NCBI GenBank assembly: GCA_947591215.1
Contig: CANQCZ010000002.1
Span: forward strand, 6,819 to 70,818
Source of the DNA: an uncultured Bacilli bacterium
GTDB lineage: Bacteria > Bacillota_I > Bacilli_A > RFN20 > CAG-449
Reading direction: 5' to 3'
DNA: 64,000 nucleotides
Positions 30,558-39,029 of the stretch are shown piece after piece (position 1 is the first letter of the stretch; each line of letters starts with the position of its first letter). Under the pieces are notes generated by a model. The model was not told the DNA's origin, ran no database searches, and saw only the letters and a program-made list of their open reading frames with translations. The translations under genes were made by a program, and so were the position numbers.

Positions 30558-31013
30558 TTAATTACAACATCCGCAGACTTGAATCGTTTCCATATTGCTT
30601 GAAACCGCCATCGGTTGCTTCATACAAAAAGCGCAAACGCAGAAATTGCAAGTAGCTCTCATTCTGATATACCGGCACAAATTCATCACAGTACAAGTAA
30701 AAGTAATTGTCACCGTTTCATTTTGATTAATCGTTCCAAGGCAGATGTTATTAGTACCGCCACATTGACTATTGACAACATTTCCATTGACCATCAAACT
30801 ACCTCGCATCAAACATAGGGAATTGTCAATTGGTAGTGAAACGACACAGTCCGTTATCGAACTCGAACAATTATTTTGAATAGTCAAAGTGTAATTAACT
30901 TGTTCACAAACTCTGCAGCAACAACGATCGCTTTGAAGCGTCATTAACAAGCCACAATCTGAACAATTAGAAACCCAAATAGGTTGATTTCCAGAGTTAC
31001 AATTAGTATTCAT
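30558..31013 (-). CDS. Cysteine-rich (about 17% Cys) DUF11-like protein; candidate spore coat/exosporium component
   Basis: 151 aa from the ATG at 31013 (AGAGGTG RBS; the track start is TTG). No signal peptide. About 26 Cys, including CC, CxC and CGCC clusters; beta-rich T/V/N repeats (TLTIQNN...TVTITFTCTV) reminiscent of the DUF11 conserved repeat. Confidence 0.4.
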   Translation of the reverse strand: MNTNCNSGNQPIWVSNCSDCGLLMTLQSDRCCCRVCEQVNYTLTIQNNCSSSITDCVVSLPIDNSLCLMRGSLMVNGNVVNSQCGGTNNICLGTINQNETVTITFTCTVMNLCRYIRMRATCNFCVCAFCMKQPMAVSSNMETIQVCGCCN

Positions 31014-31144
31014 CAAAACACCTCTTTCAAACGTTATAACGTTCAATTATGTATATGTGCCTATTTTGTTTTTGCAACAAGCCGAATTATTCATTTTATA
31101 AATGTGACAAATGGAGTATACTTATTTTAGAAACGGAGTAGTCA

Positions 31145-31870
31145 ATGAAAGCTTTAAATAAATTACTCAAGAACAAACGAACTTTAATATTTATCGATTT
31201 TGAAGGTACTCAATTTACTCATGAAATTATCGCTTGGGGAGCTATAAAAGTTAATATCGACGAAAATGGAAATATCATTGACACTTATCCTGGTTTTCAT
31301 GTTTATATCAACACTGATTCAAAAATAGGATCCGTGGTCACTAAAATGACGGGCATCGATAAAGTTGTACTTGAAGAGCACGGAATTGATTTTATTGAAG
31401 CGATTAAAAAATTTGTAGAATATGTAGGTGAAGAACTGCAGAATGTTTTGCTTTTGACATTTGGGAGTAACGATTTACGCATGTTTCATGACACCATGTT
31501 AAAATTTAATCTTCAAGAAAATGGTACTGCTCGTCAAATATGCAAAGCGATGGTTGATTTTATGGCTTTTATCGGTCAATATATCCGTGATTCTCAAGGA
31601 AATAATTATTCTTTGACAAATTATTTGAAGATTTTTAAAATAGAGCCCTGTGGCAAAAGCCATGATCCGTTAAATGATTCTATCGATTTATTAAATCTTT
31701 ATAAAGCTTTTATCAATTCTCCGGAAATCGTTGCCAATGAATATTTAAAACTAATCAGTAATTTAAAGATTTTACCTGATCCGATTAAAAAAACCATCAC
31801 GAAATTATGTAACGGCGAAAATGTAACCAGTGAAGAATTTAAAAATTACGTTAAAACTTTCTTATCATAA
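31145..31870 (+). CDS. DEDDh-family 3'-5' exonuclease (DnaQ-like; KapD/MrfB-like)
   Basis: Exo I motif FIDFEGT, a central acidic motif and a C-terminal H-x4-D (HDPLND); GGAG RBS. Occupies the position of the yprB/mrfB-like exonuclease near recU in Bacillus. Confidence 0.6.
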   Translation: MKALNKLLKNKRTLIFIDFEGTQFTHEIIAWGAIKVNIDENGNIIDTYPGFHVYINTDSKIGSVVTKMTGIDKVVLEEHGIDFIEAIKKFVEYVGEELQNVLLLTFGSNDLRMFHDTMLKFNLQENGTARQICKAMVDFMAFIGQYIRDSQGNNYSLTNYLKIFKIEPCGKSHDPLNDSIDLLNLYKAFINSPEIVANEYLKLISNLKILPDPIKKTITKLCNGENVTSEEFKNYVKTFLS

Positions 31871-31911
31871 ATCACTGTTAATATGGCAAAATATAATTAA
31901 TGGAGGTATCT

Positions 31912-32499
31912 ATGGTCAATTATCCTAACAAAAAAGATGTCTCAAAACTTGAAAAATCTTTTCACAATTTTGCTAATCGTGGCATGAATTTTGAACATGC
32001 CGTTAATACTTCAAACGATTATTATGATGAAATCAAGCGAGCGATTATTACTAAAAGACCTACTCCAATTCACGTAGTTAAGGTTGATTATGCTGATAAT
32101 GCAAGAATTAAAGACGCTTATTTTGAAAAGCAGTCTACCGCTGATTATAATGGTGTTTACCGTTCACGCTATATTGATTTTGAATGTAAAGAAACCAAAT
32201 CCAAAACTTCTTTAAGTTTTGGCAATATCTCTTCTCATCAAATCAAGCACTTAGAGAAAGTCATTTTTCACGGAGGTATTGCTTTTTTTCTCATTCATTT
32301 TGCAACACTTGGAGAAGTTTATTTACTAGATGCCAAAATCGTATGTGAATTTTATAATCAACAAGAACGAAAATCGATTCCTTATAATTTTATTCAAGAA
32401 AAAGGAGTATTGGTGGAACAAAGCTTTATGCCGAGACTGAAGTACCTAGATGCAGTTGATAAGGTCTTCTTCAATGAAGCGCAAAAAGTCAATCTTTAA
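31912..32499 (+). CDS. recU: Holliday junction resolvase RecU
   Basis: RGMNFEHAVNTSNDYY and the catalytic-region pattern are like B. subtilis RecU; followed directly by ponA as in Bacillus; GGAGG RBS before the ATG at 31912. Confidence 0.8.
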   Translation: MVNYPNKKDVSKLEKSFHNFANRGMNFEHAVNTSNDYYDEIKRAIITKRPTPIHVVKVDYADNARIKDAYFEKQSTADYNGVYRSRYIDFECKETKSKTSLSFGNISSHQIKHLEKVIFHGGIAFFLIHFATLGEVYLLDAKIVCEFYNQQERKSIPYNFIQEKGVLVEQSFMPRLKYLDAVDKVFFNEAQKVNL

Positions 32500-34804
32500 T
32501 ATCATATTAAGCGGGGTTTTTATTACAACTTTTATAGTATCGCTGGGAATTGGTACTTATGTTTTTTATACTGTTAAAGATTTATCAACGCCACAAATTG
32601 AAAAATTAATTGAACAAAAACATACTCGAATTTACGATTCTTCTTCTCGTCTCATTGAAACTTTGGGAGAAGATAAAGCCAAACTTGTAAAGTACGAAGA
32701 GTTACCTCAAACGTTGATTAACGCTTTAATCAGTATCGAAGACGAACACTTTTTTGAACATCATGGCATCAATTATTCACGAATACTTTATTCGGCTTTC
32801 AATAATTTATTTTCTTCTAACGCACGACAAGGCGGTTCCACAATTACGCAGCAATTAGTAAAAAATTTACTTTTAACTTCAGAAATCTCGTTATCTCGAA
32901 AAATTCAAGAAGCTTATCTAGCTTATCAATTAGAACAAATGATGAGCAAAGAAGAAATATTGGAGCAATACTTTAATCGCATTTATTTTGATGCGACAAT
33001 TCAAGGTGTTGGTTACGCTTCATACCGCTTTTTTAATAAAAGCGTTGATTTATTAACTCTACCGGAATGTGCGATTTTGGCAGGTGTTGTAAAATCACCT
33101 TCTTTATATTCTCCTTTTAAACATATTGAAGAATGTAACGACCGAAAAAATCTTGTGTTAAAAGCAATGCTTAACAATCATTATATAACCGATGAGCAAT
33201 ATCAATTGAGCGTTAAAAAACACGCAAAAGATCTCGTGATTGAAAAAGGATCTAATTATCAAGAAGAAACATACGATTTTCAAAGTTATCTAGATGTAGT
33301 ATATCGTGAAACTAAAGAATTAACTGGCCTTAACCCTTTTTCTGCAGCTTTGGATATCGAAACATATCTCGATACTTCTGTCCAATCCTATATAGATGGC
33401 ATTCAATCAGGAACGAATTTTACTTTTGATGATGAAAATCAACAAGCAGCTTTAGCGGTAATCGACAATCAAAATCAAGCTTTGATTGGTCTTATGGGTG
33501 GACGAAACTATGAAGGACAAATGTTATACAACCGCAGTTATGAAATGCAAAGGCAACCAGCTTCAACAATGAAACCGATTTTTACATACGCTTTAGCCAT
33601 GGAATATCTCCATTATAATGAATTAAGTGCCGTTATCGATGAACCATATACCTATCCAAATACATCGATCACCGTACAAAATGCCGATAAACAATATTTA
33701 GGTAGAATCACTCTTCTTGATGCTTTAGGTTATTCAAGAAATACTTCAACTCTTTACACTCTTGAAAAAGTTATTGCAAAAATCGGCGTCGATAAAGCGA
33801 TACAATACCTTAAAGATATAGAAATTATGGACGAAGGAGAATTTACTTATCCTTATGCAATCGGTGGCATGAAATATGGCGTTTCTCCGATACAACTTGC
33901 CGGAGCTTACGCAATGCTTGCAAATAATGGATCATACGTAAAACCATCTACCATAAAAAAAATCACCGATCAAGAAACCGGGAAAATCATCTACTCTCGC
34001 GATCTTAACGGAAAACAAGTAATTTCAAAAGAAGCCGCCTTAACGATGACAAGCGCTTTAACAAGAATGATTGATCAAAATTACTACAACATCGCTTTAG
34101 CAAAACCATCTAATCTTGCAATCGCCGGCAAAACCGGAACCAACGCTTATGACTCAAATGTGAGAGCTCGCTATAACTATCCTTCTAATGCCGATCGTGA
34201 TGTTTGGTTTGCCGGTTACTCACCTTCACATACAATCGCCGTATGGACTGGATTCGATGAACCAAAATTGGGTGAAAAAAACTATTTTGGTTACAGCGAC
34301 TCACGTCGATTAGTGGCTAAAAAATTATTTAAGAATGTGATGGAAAAAATATCTAGCAAAAGCAAAAGTTTCAGTTACGAAGCTAATCTCCAAAAAGTTG
34401 AAGTGGTCAAAGGTCTTGACAAATTTTACTTACCTAATTCCCTTGTTCCTATACAATTTATTTCCTATGCCTATTTTCGCAAAGAAGAAGTTCCTTATGA
34501 AACACTTCCCACTCCGGAATTTGACATTTTAGATAATCTCAATGTCAATTTCTTAAATAATTCAATATCGATTTCAATTTTAAATGAATTAAAAGAAGAT
34601 GAGATTTACACTACTTTTTTTGGCAATCGTGGTTATCTTTTTAAAATAAAAACCCTCGACGAAGAATACGAAATTTTTGTTGAGGGATATAACTTAGAAT
34701 TACAGGAACTACCAGAAGAAATCGAATCCATTGAAATTTACGAAACTTTTAAAAACAATCATAATCTTCATGGCGAGCCTTACATTTTAACTTTCTTTTT
34801 ATAA
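32474..34804 (+). CDS. ponA: Penicillin-binding protein 1A (class A PBP)
   Basis: GT51 motifs (EDEHFFEHHGIN; GGSTITQQLVKN); transpeptidase STMKP (SxxK), SRN and KTGT; signal-anchor MKRKKSIFNIIL. The start is ambiguous (32450 or 32474). Confidence 0.85.
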   Translation: MKRKKSIFNIILSGVFITTFIVSLGIGTYVFYTVKDLSTPQIEKLIEQKHTRIYDSSSRLIETLGEDKAKLVKYEELPQTLINALISIEDEHFFEHHGINYSRILYSAFNNLFSSNARQGGSTITQQLVKNLLLTSEISLSRKIQEAYLAYQLEQMMSKEEILEQYFNRIYFDATIQGVGYASYRFFNKSVDLLTLPECAILAGVVKSPSLYSPFKHIEECNDRKNLVLKAMLNNHYITDEQYQLSVKKHAKDLVIEKGSNYQEETYDFQSYLDVVYRETKELTGLNPFSAALDIETYLDTSVQSYIDGIQSGTNFTFDDENQQAALAVIDNQNQALIGLMGGRNYEGQMLYNRSYEMQRQPASTMKPIFTYALAMEYLHYNELSAVIDEPYTYPNTSITVQNADKQYLGRITLLDALGYSRNTSTLYTLEKVIAKIGVDKAIQYLKDIEIMDEGEFTYPYAIGGMKYGVSPIQLAGAYAMLANNGSYVKPSTIKKITDQETGKIIYSRDLNGKQVISKEAALTMTSALTRMIDQNYYNIALAKPSNLAIAGKTGTNAYDSNVRARYNYPSNADRDVWFAGYSPSHTIAVWTGFDEPKLGEKNYFGYSDSRRLVAKKLFKNVMEKISSKSKSFSYEANLQKVEVVKGLDKFYLPNSLVPIQFISYAYFRKEEVPYETLPTPEFDILDNLNVNFLNNSISISILNELKEDEIYTTFFGNRGYLFKIKTLDEEYEIFVEGYNLELQELPEEIESIEIYETFKNNHNLHGEPYILTFFL

Positions 34805-35424
34805 TATTTACAATATCTTGTAAGTTTACAAACGTCACACATCGGTTTTTGGGCCTTACAATAATATCGACCAAAATGAATAAATTGATGATGTGTTAAA
34901 ATATATCTTTCAGTTGGAAAAAGTTTTTCTAATTTTTGCTCAACTTGCAATGGCGAAGCAATTTCATCGACAAGTTCCAATCTTTTGCTGATTCTTTCCA
35001 CATGAGTGTCAACGGCAATATGAGGTTCTTTAAATAACTCAGCTAGAACTACGTTAGCGGTTTTTCTTCCCACACCATTCATTTCAACTAATAAATCTCG
35101 GGAATTAGGAACTTTGCCGTCATAGTTTAAAAGTAACGAATTAGCGATTGCCTTAATGTTACAAGCTTTATTTTTAAACAATCCCAAAGGCTTTATAATC
35201 TCTTCGAGTTCCGCTAAGGGAGCATTTTTTAATGCTTCTAAAGTCGGAAAGCGCGAAAAAAGTAAAGCGGTGACCGCATTAACTTTTTTATCTGTCGTCT
35301 GTGCCGAAAGCATCACTGCAATCAAAAGTTCATAATCTGAATGATAAATTAATTCGCAACTGGCATTCGGCAAAATTTCATCGAAATATTCGATAATTTG
35401 AGCAATCTTATTATTTTTCATCAT
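34780..35424 (-). CDS. nth: Endonuclease III
   Basis: HhH-GPD motif (LVEMNGVGRKTANVVL) and a 4Fe-4S cysteine cluster (C-x6-C-x2-C-x5-C) at the C-terminus. Start set at the internal ATG at 35424 to avoid the dnaD overlap; convergent with ponA. Confidence 0.85.
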   Translation of the reverse strand: MMKNNKIAQIIEYFDEILPNASCELIYHSDYELLIAVMLSAQTTDKKVNAVTALLFSRFPTLEALKNAPLAELEEIIKPLGLFKNKACNIKAIANSLLLNYDGKVPNSRDLLVEMNGVGRKTANVVLAELFKEPHIAVDTHVERISKRLELVDEIASPLQVEQKLEKLFPTERYILTHHQFIHFGRYYCKAQKPMCDVCKLTRYCKYYKKKVKM

Positions 35425-36064
35425 CAGTCCAATGGTATGAGGCAATATCAATCGCTTTTTCAATATCGTTTTTATGGCGTTCGTCGATAGTGGAATATCC
35501 TTCTTTTTCGCGATCATTATGTATTAAACGTTTTAATAAAATTTTATCAACTAAACGAACCGTAACTTTTTTATTTCTCATAGCGCATTCTTCAAGCGCG
35601 GAAAGAATGGATTTATCGTCGATCCCGGATTGAATCCATTCCATAATTTTGTCGATATCGAGACGCGTTAAACTAGATCCGATTGCAGTTTCAAAAGCTG
35701 TGAAGATATTTTCTTTTTGCTCTTCGTTCAAAGATTGTTCGCTTTTTCGCCGATCTTCAATAGAAGCCGTATAAAAAGCTTCGATTTTTTTAAAGGTAGG
35801 TTCTAAAGAAGTTACCATTTGATCGTTTTTAGTCGCATATTCAATAAAACCTTTATCGATTAATTCGACAATTAACTGATCGATTTCTTTTTCTCCAAGC
35901 GACATTTTTAAAGCCAATGTATCCGCGGTTACCAATATCGCATCATGTTTAAGAATATTATCAATCGATAATATGATCATCACTTCGTTTTCATTCAAAC
36001 CCAAATATTTGTATCGATCAATTAAGATATAACGATAATCTAACTCCTGTATAGTTGCCATCAT
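35411..36064 (-). CDS. dnaD: DnaD-domain replication initiation / membrane attachment protein
   Basis: N-terminal winged-helix region plus a C-terminal DnaD-like domain; lies in the nth-dnaD order as in B. subtilis. The ATG at 36064 has an AAGGTGAAA RBS (the track start is GTG). Confidence 0.6.
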   Translation of the reverse strand: MMATIQELDYRYILIDRYKYLGLNENEVMIILSIDNILKHDAILVTADTLALKMSLGEKEIDQLIVELIDKGFIEYATKNDQMVTSLEPTFKKIEAFYTASIEDRRKSEQSLNEEQKENIFTAFETAIGSSLTRLDIDKIMEWIQSGIDDKSILSALEECAMRNKKVTVRLVDKILLKRLIHNDREKEGYSTIDERHKNDIEKAIDIASYHWTDDEK

Positions 36065-36113
36065 AATTTTCACCTTATCAAAATTATAAAAAAAAAGTGA
36101 GCAAACTTAAATC

Positions 36114-37757
36114 TTATTTACACACTTTTTTAAATACTCGTAAAAAGTTTTTATGGAAAATTTTTTCAATTTCATCTTCTTTGAAATTTTCCGTTTTCAA
36201 TCGTTCATATAAAAGGTTCATTTTTGAAGCATCGCTTAATGTTTCCGGAGTGTCAATTCCATCAAAATCACTTCCTAAAGCAATCGCATTGATGCCGGCA
36301 ATAGCCTTAATATGATTTATATGATCTACAATTAATGATAAATAATCATCAGATGGTTTATTTTTTATAAACTTCTCACAAAAGTTAATTCCAATTACTC
36401 CACCTTTTAAAGCGATCTTTTTTATTAAATCATCGCTTAAATTACGCGGGTTAGGTGATACGGAAAAAGCGTTAGAATGAGAAGCGACAATCGGATCTTT
36501 TGAAATATTAAGCACATCTTCGACAACCTTATGTGAACAATGAGAAATATCGATGATCATCCCTAATTCATTCATTTTTTTCACTACTTCTTTTCCAAAT
36601 GAGGTTAACCCTTGATAATGATCAGAAATGTTGTTTTTTTGGCTAATATCGTGTGCCGGATATCCGATTTCATTAGGATAATTCCATGTTAAAGTCATAC
36701 TCCGACATCCGCGTGTATATAACTTTTCTAGTTTTGATAAATCACCTTCGATGATTTCTCCACCTTCAAGAGTTATTAAAGCCGCTATCTTTTTCCTTGT
36801 CACGATTTTTAAATAATCGTCATAACAAGTGACCTTTTCAATAACACTATGGTTTTCAAGTAATTGCTCATCAAAGTTATCAAGATAAACTTGAGCTTTA
36901 TCGAAAAGATTTCCTTCGGTTTTCTTAATAAATAAGGCGAAACATTGTAAGGTGTAATGACCCTGCATCATTTTATTTAAATCAAGGTGAAGGTTATTTT
37001 TTATCAAATTTTGTTTTTTATCTAAAAGCGATGTCAATGTATCGCAATGCATATCAATAAGTGGAATAGGATTAAGAATTTGGCATAAAGGAATTATTTC
37101 ATCGAGTTTTAACCTCTGCCATTCTTTAATAAAAAGTTGTAAATATTTCTTATCTACTTTTTTAGTTTCTTCAATAATCTTTGTAAAAGATATTTGCTTT
37201 AAGAAAATCATTTGTTTTGAAATCGCCTGTTCAAGAGACAAATCATAGGTTAAATCTTGAGTTGTTTTAAATCTAATCGCCCTTACGATTCGCAATGGAT
37301 CTTCTTGCAAACGAATATCCGGGTTACCTATCATCTTCAAGTTTTTGTTTTTTAAATCAGTTTTTCCGTCATAAAAATCATGCACATTCATCTCATAATC
37401 TAGATAAAGTGCATTAATAGTGAAATCTCTTCTTTTTGCATCTTCTTTTAAATCTTTAACAAAACGAACATATTCCGGATGGCGAAAATCTTTATAATCT
37501 CCTTCAACTCTTAAAGTAGTAATATCGACTTTTCGATCATGCCAAATTAATGAAGTGCTTCCGAATTTTTGATATTTAACAGTGCAGTTTGAAAACATCT
37601 CTTCAATTTTTTCCGGTAAAGCATCGGTCACTAAGTCAAGATCTTCAATTGGACGATCACTTAAAAAATCTCGCACGGCACCGCCAACAAGGTAAAGGTT
37701 TGCTCCGTGAAGTTTAAAAATTCCACTTAATTCCTTAAAAATATCCAGTTCATTCAT
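36114..37757 (-). CDS. Fusion protein: class II nucleotidyltransferase (CCA/poly(A) polymerase head+neck) N-domain + M19-family membrane dipeptidase C-domain
   Basis: N-terminal ~230 aa carry GGAVRD, DLDLV, RRDFTINA and DPLRIVRAIRF (class II NTase head/neck). C-terminal ~310 aa carry IDMHCDT and the renal-dipeptidase signature LEGG..I...L..LY..G.RSMTLTWN plus ASHSN. Start at the ATG at 37757 (the track start is TTG). Confidence 0.7.
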   Translation of the reverse strand: MNELDIFKELSGIFKLHGANLYLVGGAVRDFLSDRPIEDLDLVTDALPEKIEEMFSNCTVKYQKFGSTSLIWHDRKVDITTLRVEGDYKDFRHPEYVRFVKDLKEDAKRRDFTINALYLDYEMNVHDFYDGKTDLKNKNLKMIGNPDIRLQEDPLRIVRAIRFKTTQDLTYDLSLEQAISKQMIFLKQISFTKIIEETKKVDKKYLQLFIKEWQRLKLDEIIPLCQILNPIPLIDMHCDTLTSLLDKKQNLIKNNLHLDLNKMMQGHYTLQCFALFIKKTEGNLFDKAQVYLDNFDEQLLENHSVIEKVTCYDDYLKIVTRKKIAALITLEGGEIIEGDLSKLEKLYTRGCRSMTLTWNYPNEIGYPAHDISQKNNISDHYQGLTSFGKEVVKKMNELGMIIDISHCSHKVVEDVLNISKDPIVASHSNAFSVSPNPRNLSDDLIKKIALKGGVIGINFCEKFIKNKPSDDYLSLIVDHINHIKAIAGINAIALGSDFDGIDTPETLSDASKMNLLYERLKTENFKEDEIEKIFHKNFLRVFKKVCK

Positions 37758-38394
37758 CAAGCGTCGTCCTCAATCCTTCAAATAATCCGATATTTTGCAA
37801 AGCTTTTTTAACTCCTGCAACATATGCATGTTTGTCTTTAATTTCATGAATCATCGTCAATGAATCATTCTCATTATCAAATATTATATCATGGCGATAG
37901 ACAAAATCGTCACCTCTGGAGGAAATTATCTTTATCTTTTCATTTCCCAAGAGGTTTTTCAATAAAATGGCTGTCCCTGAAGGAATGTCTTTTTTTGATT
38001 TATGATGACGTTCCTTAATGGTAATAGTAGCACCGGGTTTTAAGATTTCCAGACATTTAACCAATCGCCAAAAGGAAAGCGAAAAATTGTAAACTAAGTA
38101 GGCAGAAAGATGATTGTCTTTGGCAGTACTATTTATTAAAGATATTTCAAAAGGAAGCAGACCTGTTGTGCCGGAAATAAAATGAATCCCGTTTGTTAAA
38201 CATAATAAGGCACTTCTTAAACATTCATGTCTTTCAGTAAAGTCAATTACAACATCGTGTTGCCTTTCAATTAATCTTTCAATTGTCAAAGGATTTTCTT
38301 TATCATAACCATAAACCATAAAAGATTCTTTTAAATCCTCATAGATTAGGCTTCCCATTTTTCCTTTACAGCCATTGATACCAATAATCATCAT
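37750..38394 (-). CDS. dapB: 4-hydroxy-tetrahydrodipicolinate reductase (short form)
   Basis: N-terminal GxxGxxGKMG Rossmann motif and the conserved HHKSKKDIPSGTA (E-HH-K-D-PSGTA) motif. The track start is GTG; ATG codons at 38394 and 38391 have an AGGTGA RBS. Confidence 0.8.
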   Translation of the reverse strand: MMIIGINGCKGKMGSLIYEDLKESFMVYGYDKENPLTIERLIERQHDVVIDFTERHECLRSALLCLTNGIHFISGTTGLLPFEISLINSTAKDNHLSAYLVYNFSLSFWRLVKCLEILKPGATITIKERHHKSKKDIPSGTAILLKNLLGNEKIKIISSRGDDFVYRHDIIFDNENDSLTMIHEIKDKHAYVAGVKKALQNIGLFEGLRTTLDE

Positions 38395-38447
38395 TATCAC
38401 CTAATCAACTATATGATTAAAGAAAATTGATATTACCAAAAATTATA

Positions 38448-38476
38448 TTGACACCAATCACCTTTTGCATTATTAT
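38448..38476 (+). promoter_or_regulatory. Sigma-A type promoter for tRNA-Val
   Basis: TTGACA, 17 nt spacer, TATTAT; the tRNA 5' end lies 11 nt downstream. Confidence 0.55.
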
Positions 38477-38487
38477 ATTTTCGTTCT

Positions 38488-38563
38488 GGGTGTTTAGCTC
38501 AGCTGGGAGAGCATCTGTTTGACGTACAGAAGGTCGGCGGTTCGATCCCGTCAGCACCCACCA
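38488..38563 (+). tRNA. tRNA-Val (anticodon GAC)
   Basis: Cloverleaf: acceptor GGGTGTT/AGCACCC, D-arm GCTCAGCTGGGAGAGC, anticodon stem TCTGT/ACAGA with loop TTGACGT, T-arm GGCGGTTCGATCCCGTC, encoded CCA. Confidence 0.85.
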
Positions 38564-38570
38564 TTAAAAA

Positions 38571-38595
38571 GTGCCTTGTTTAAAGGCTTTTTTTA
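38571..38595 (+). terminator. Rho-independent terminator after tRNA-Val
   Basis: GCCTT-GTTTAA-AGGC followed by TTTTTTT. Confidence 0.45.
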
Positions 38596-38608
38596 TTTAA
38601 AAGGCAAA

Positions 38609-38642
38609 TAAAAAGAACTTCTTTCAAAGAAGTTCTTTTTTA
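38609..38642. terminator. Bidirectional hairpin terminator between the tRNA and hup
   Basis: Ten bp stem AGAACTTCTT / AAGAAGTTCT flanked by A-run and T-run; sits 2 nt downstream of the hup stop. Confidence 0.5.
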
Positions 38643-38643
38643 A

Positions 38644-38919
38644 TTAGCCATTAACTTTATCTTTAGCTGGTTTGGCTGCCTTAAAGACAACAGCTTTCAT
38701 CGCCGGAATCTCAATTTTTTCTTTGGTAGTTGGATTAATTCCGACCCTTGCCGCACGTTCTTTGACAACAAAGGAACCGAATCCGGCAATTTTCACTTCT
38801 TCACCAGCAACGAGAGCTTCAAGAATTTTTTCGAAAACAACTTCGGTTGCATATTGGGCATCTTTTTTTGTTAAACGAGCTTCAGCTGCAACCTTTTCTA
38901 CTAAATCAGCTTTATTCAT
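38644..38919 (-). CDS. hup: DNA-binding protein HU
   Basis: MNKADLVEKVA...GFGSFVVKERAAR...NP.T HU signature; the ATG at 38919 has a GGAGG RBS. Confidence 0.9.
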   Translation of the reverse strand: MNKADLVEKVAAEARLTKKDAQYATEVVFEKILEALVAGEEVKIAGFGSFVVKERAARVGINPTTKEKIEIPAMKAVVFKAAKPAKDKVNG

Positions 38920-39029
38920 TTCTAACCTCCTAATGAATTGTTCAAATAATACCATAAATTAGGACTTTTTGCAACCTTTTCTTGAAATATATAGAAATTA
39001 AGATAGCGCTTACATTTTATAACTTCTCA

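Noticed and set aside
38672-38962. 96 aa plus-strand ORF overlapping hup
   Set aside because: Antisense to the HU gene, which has a canonical HU signature and RBS; Ala/Ser-rich reverse-frame artefact.
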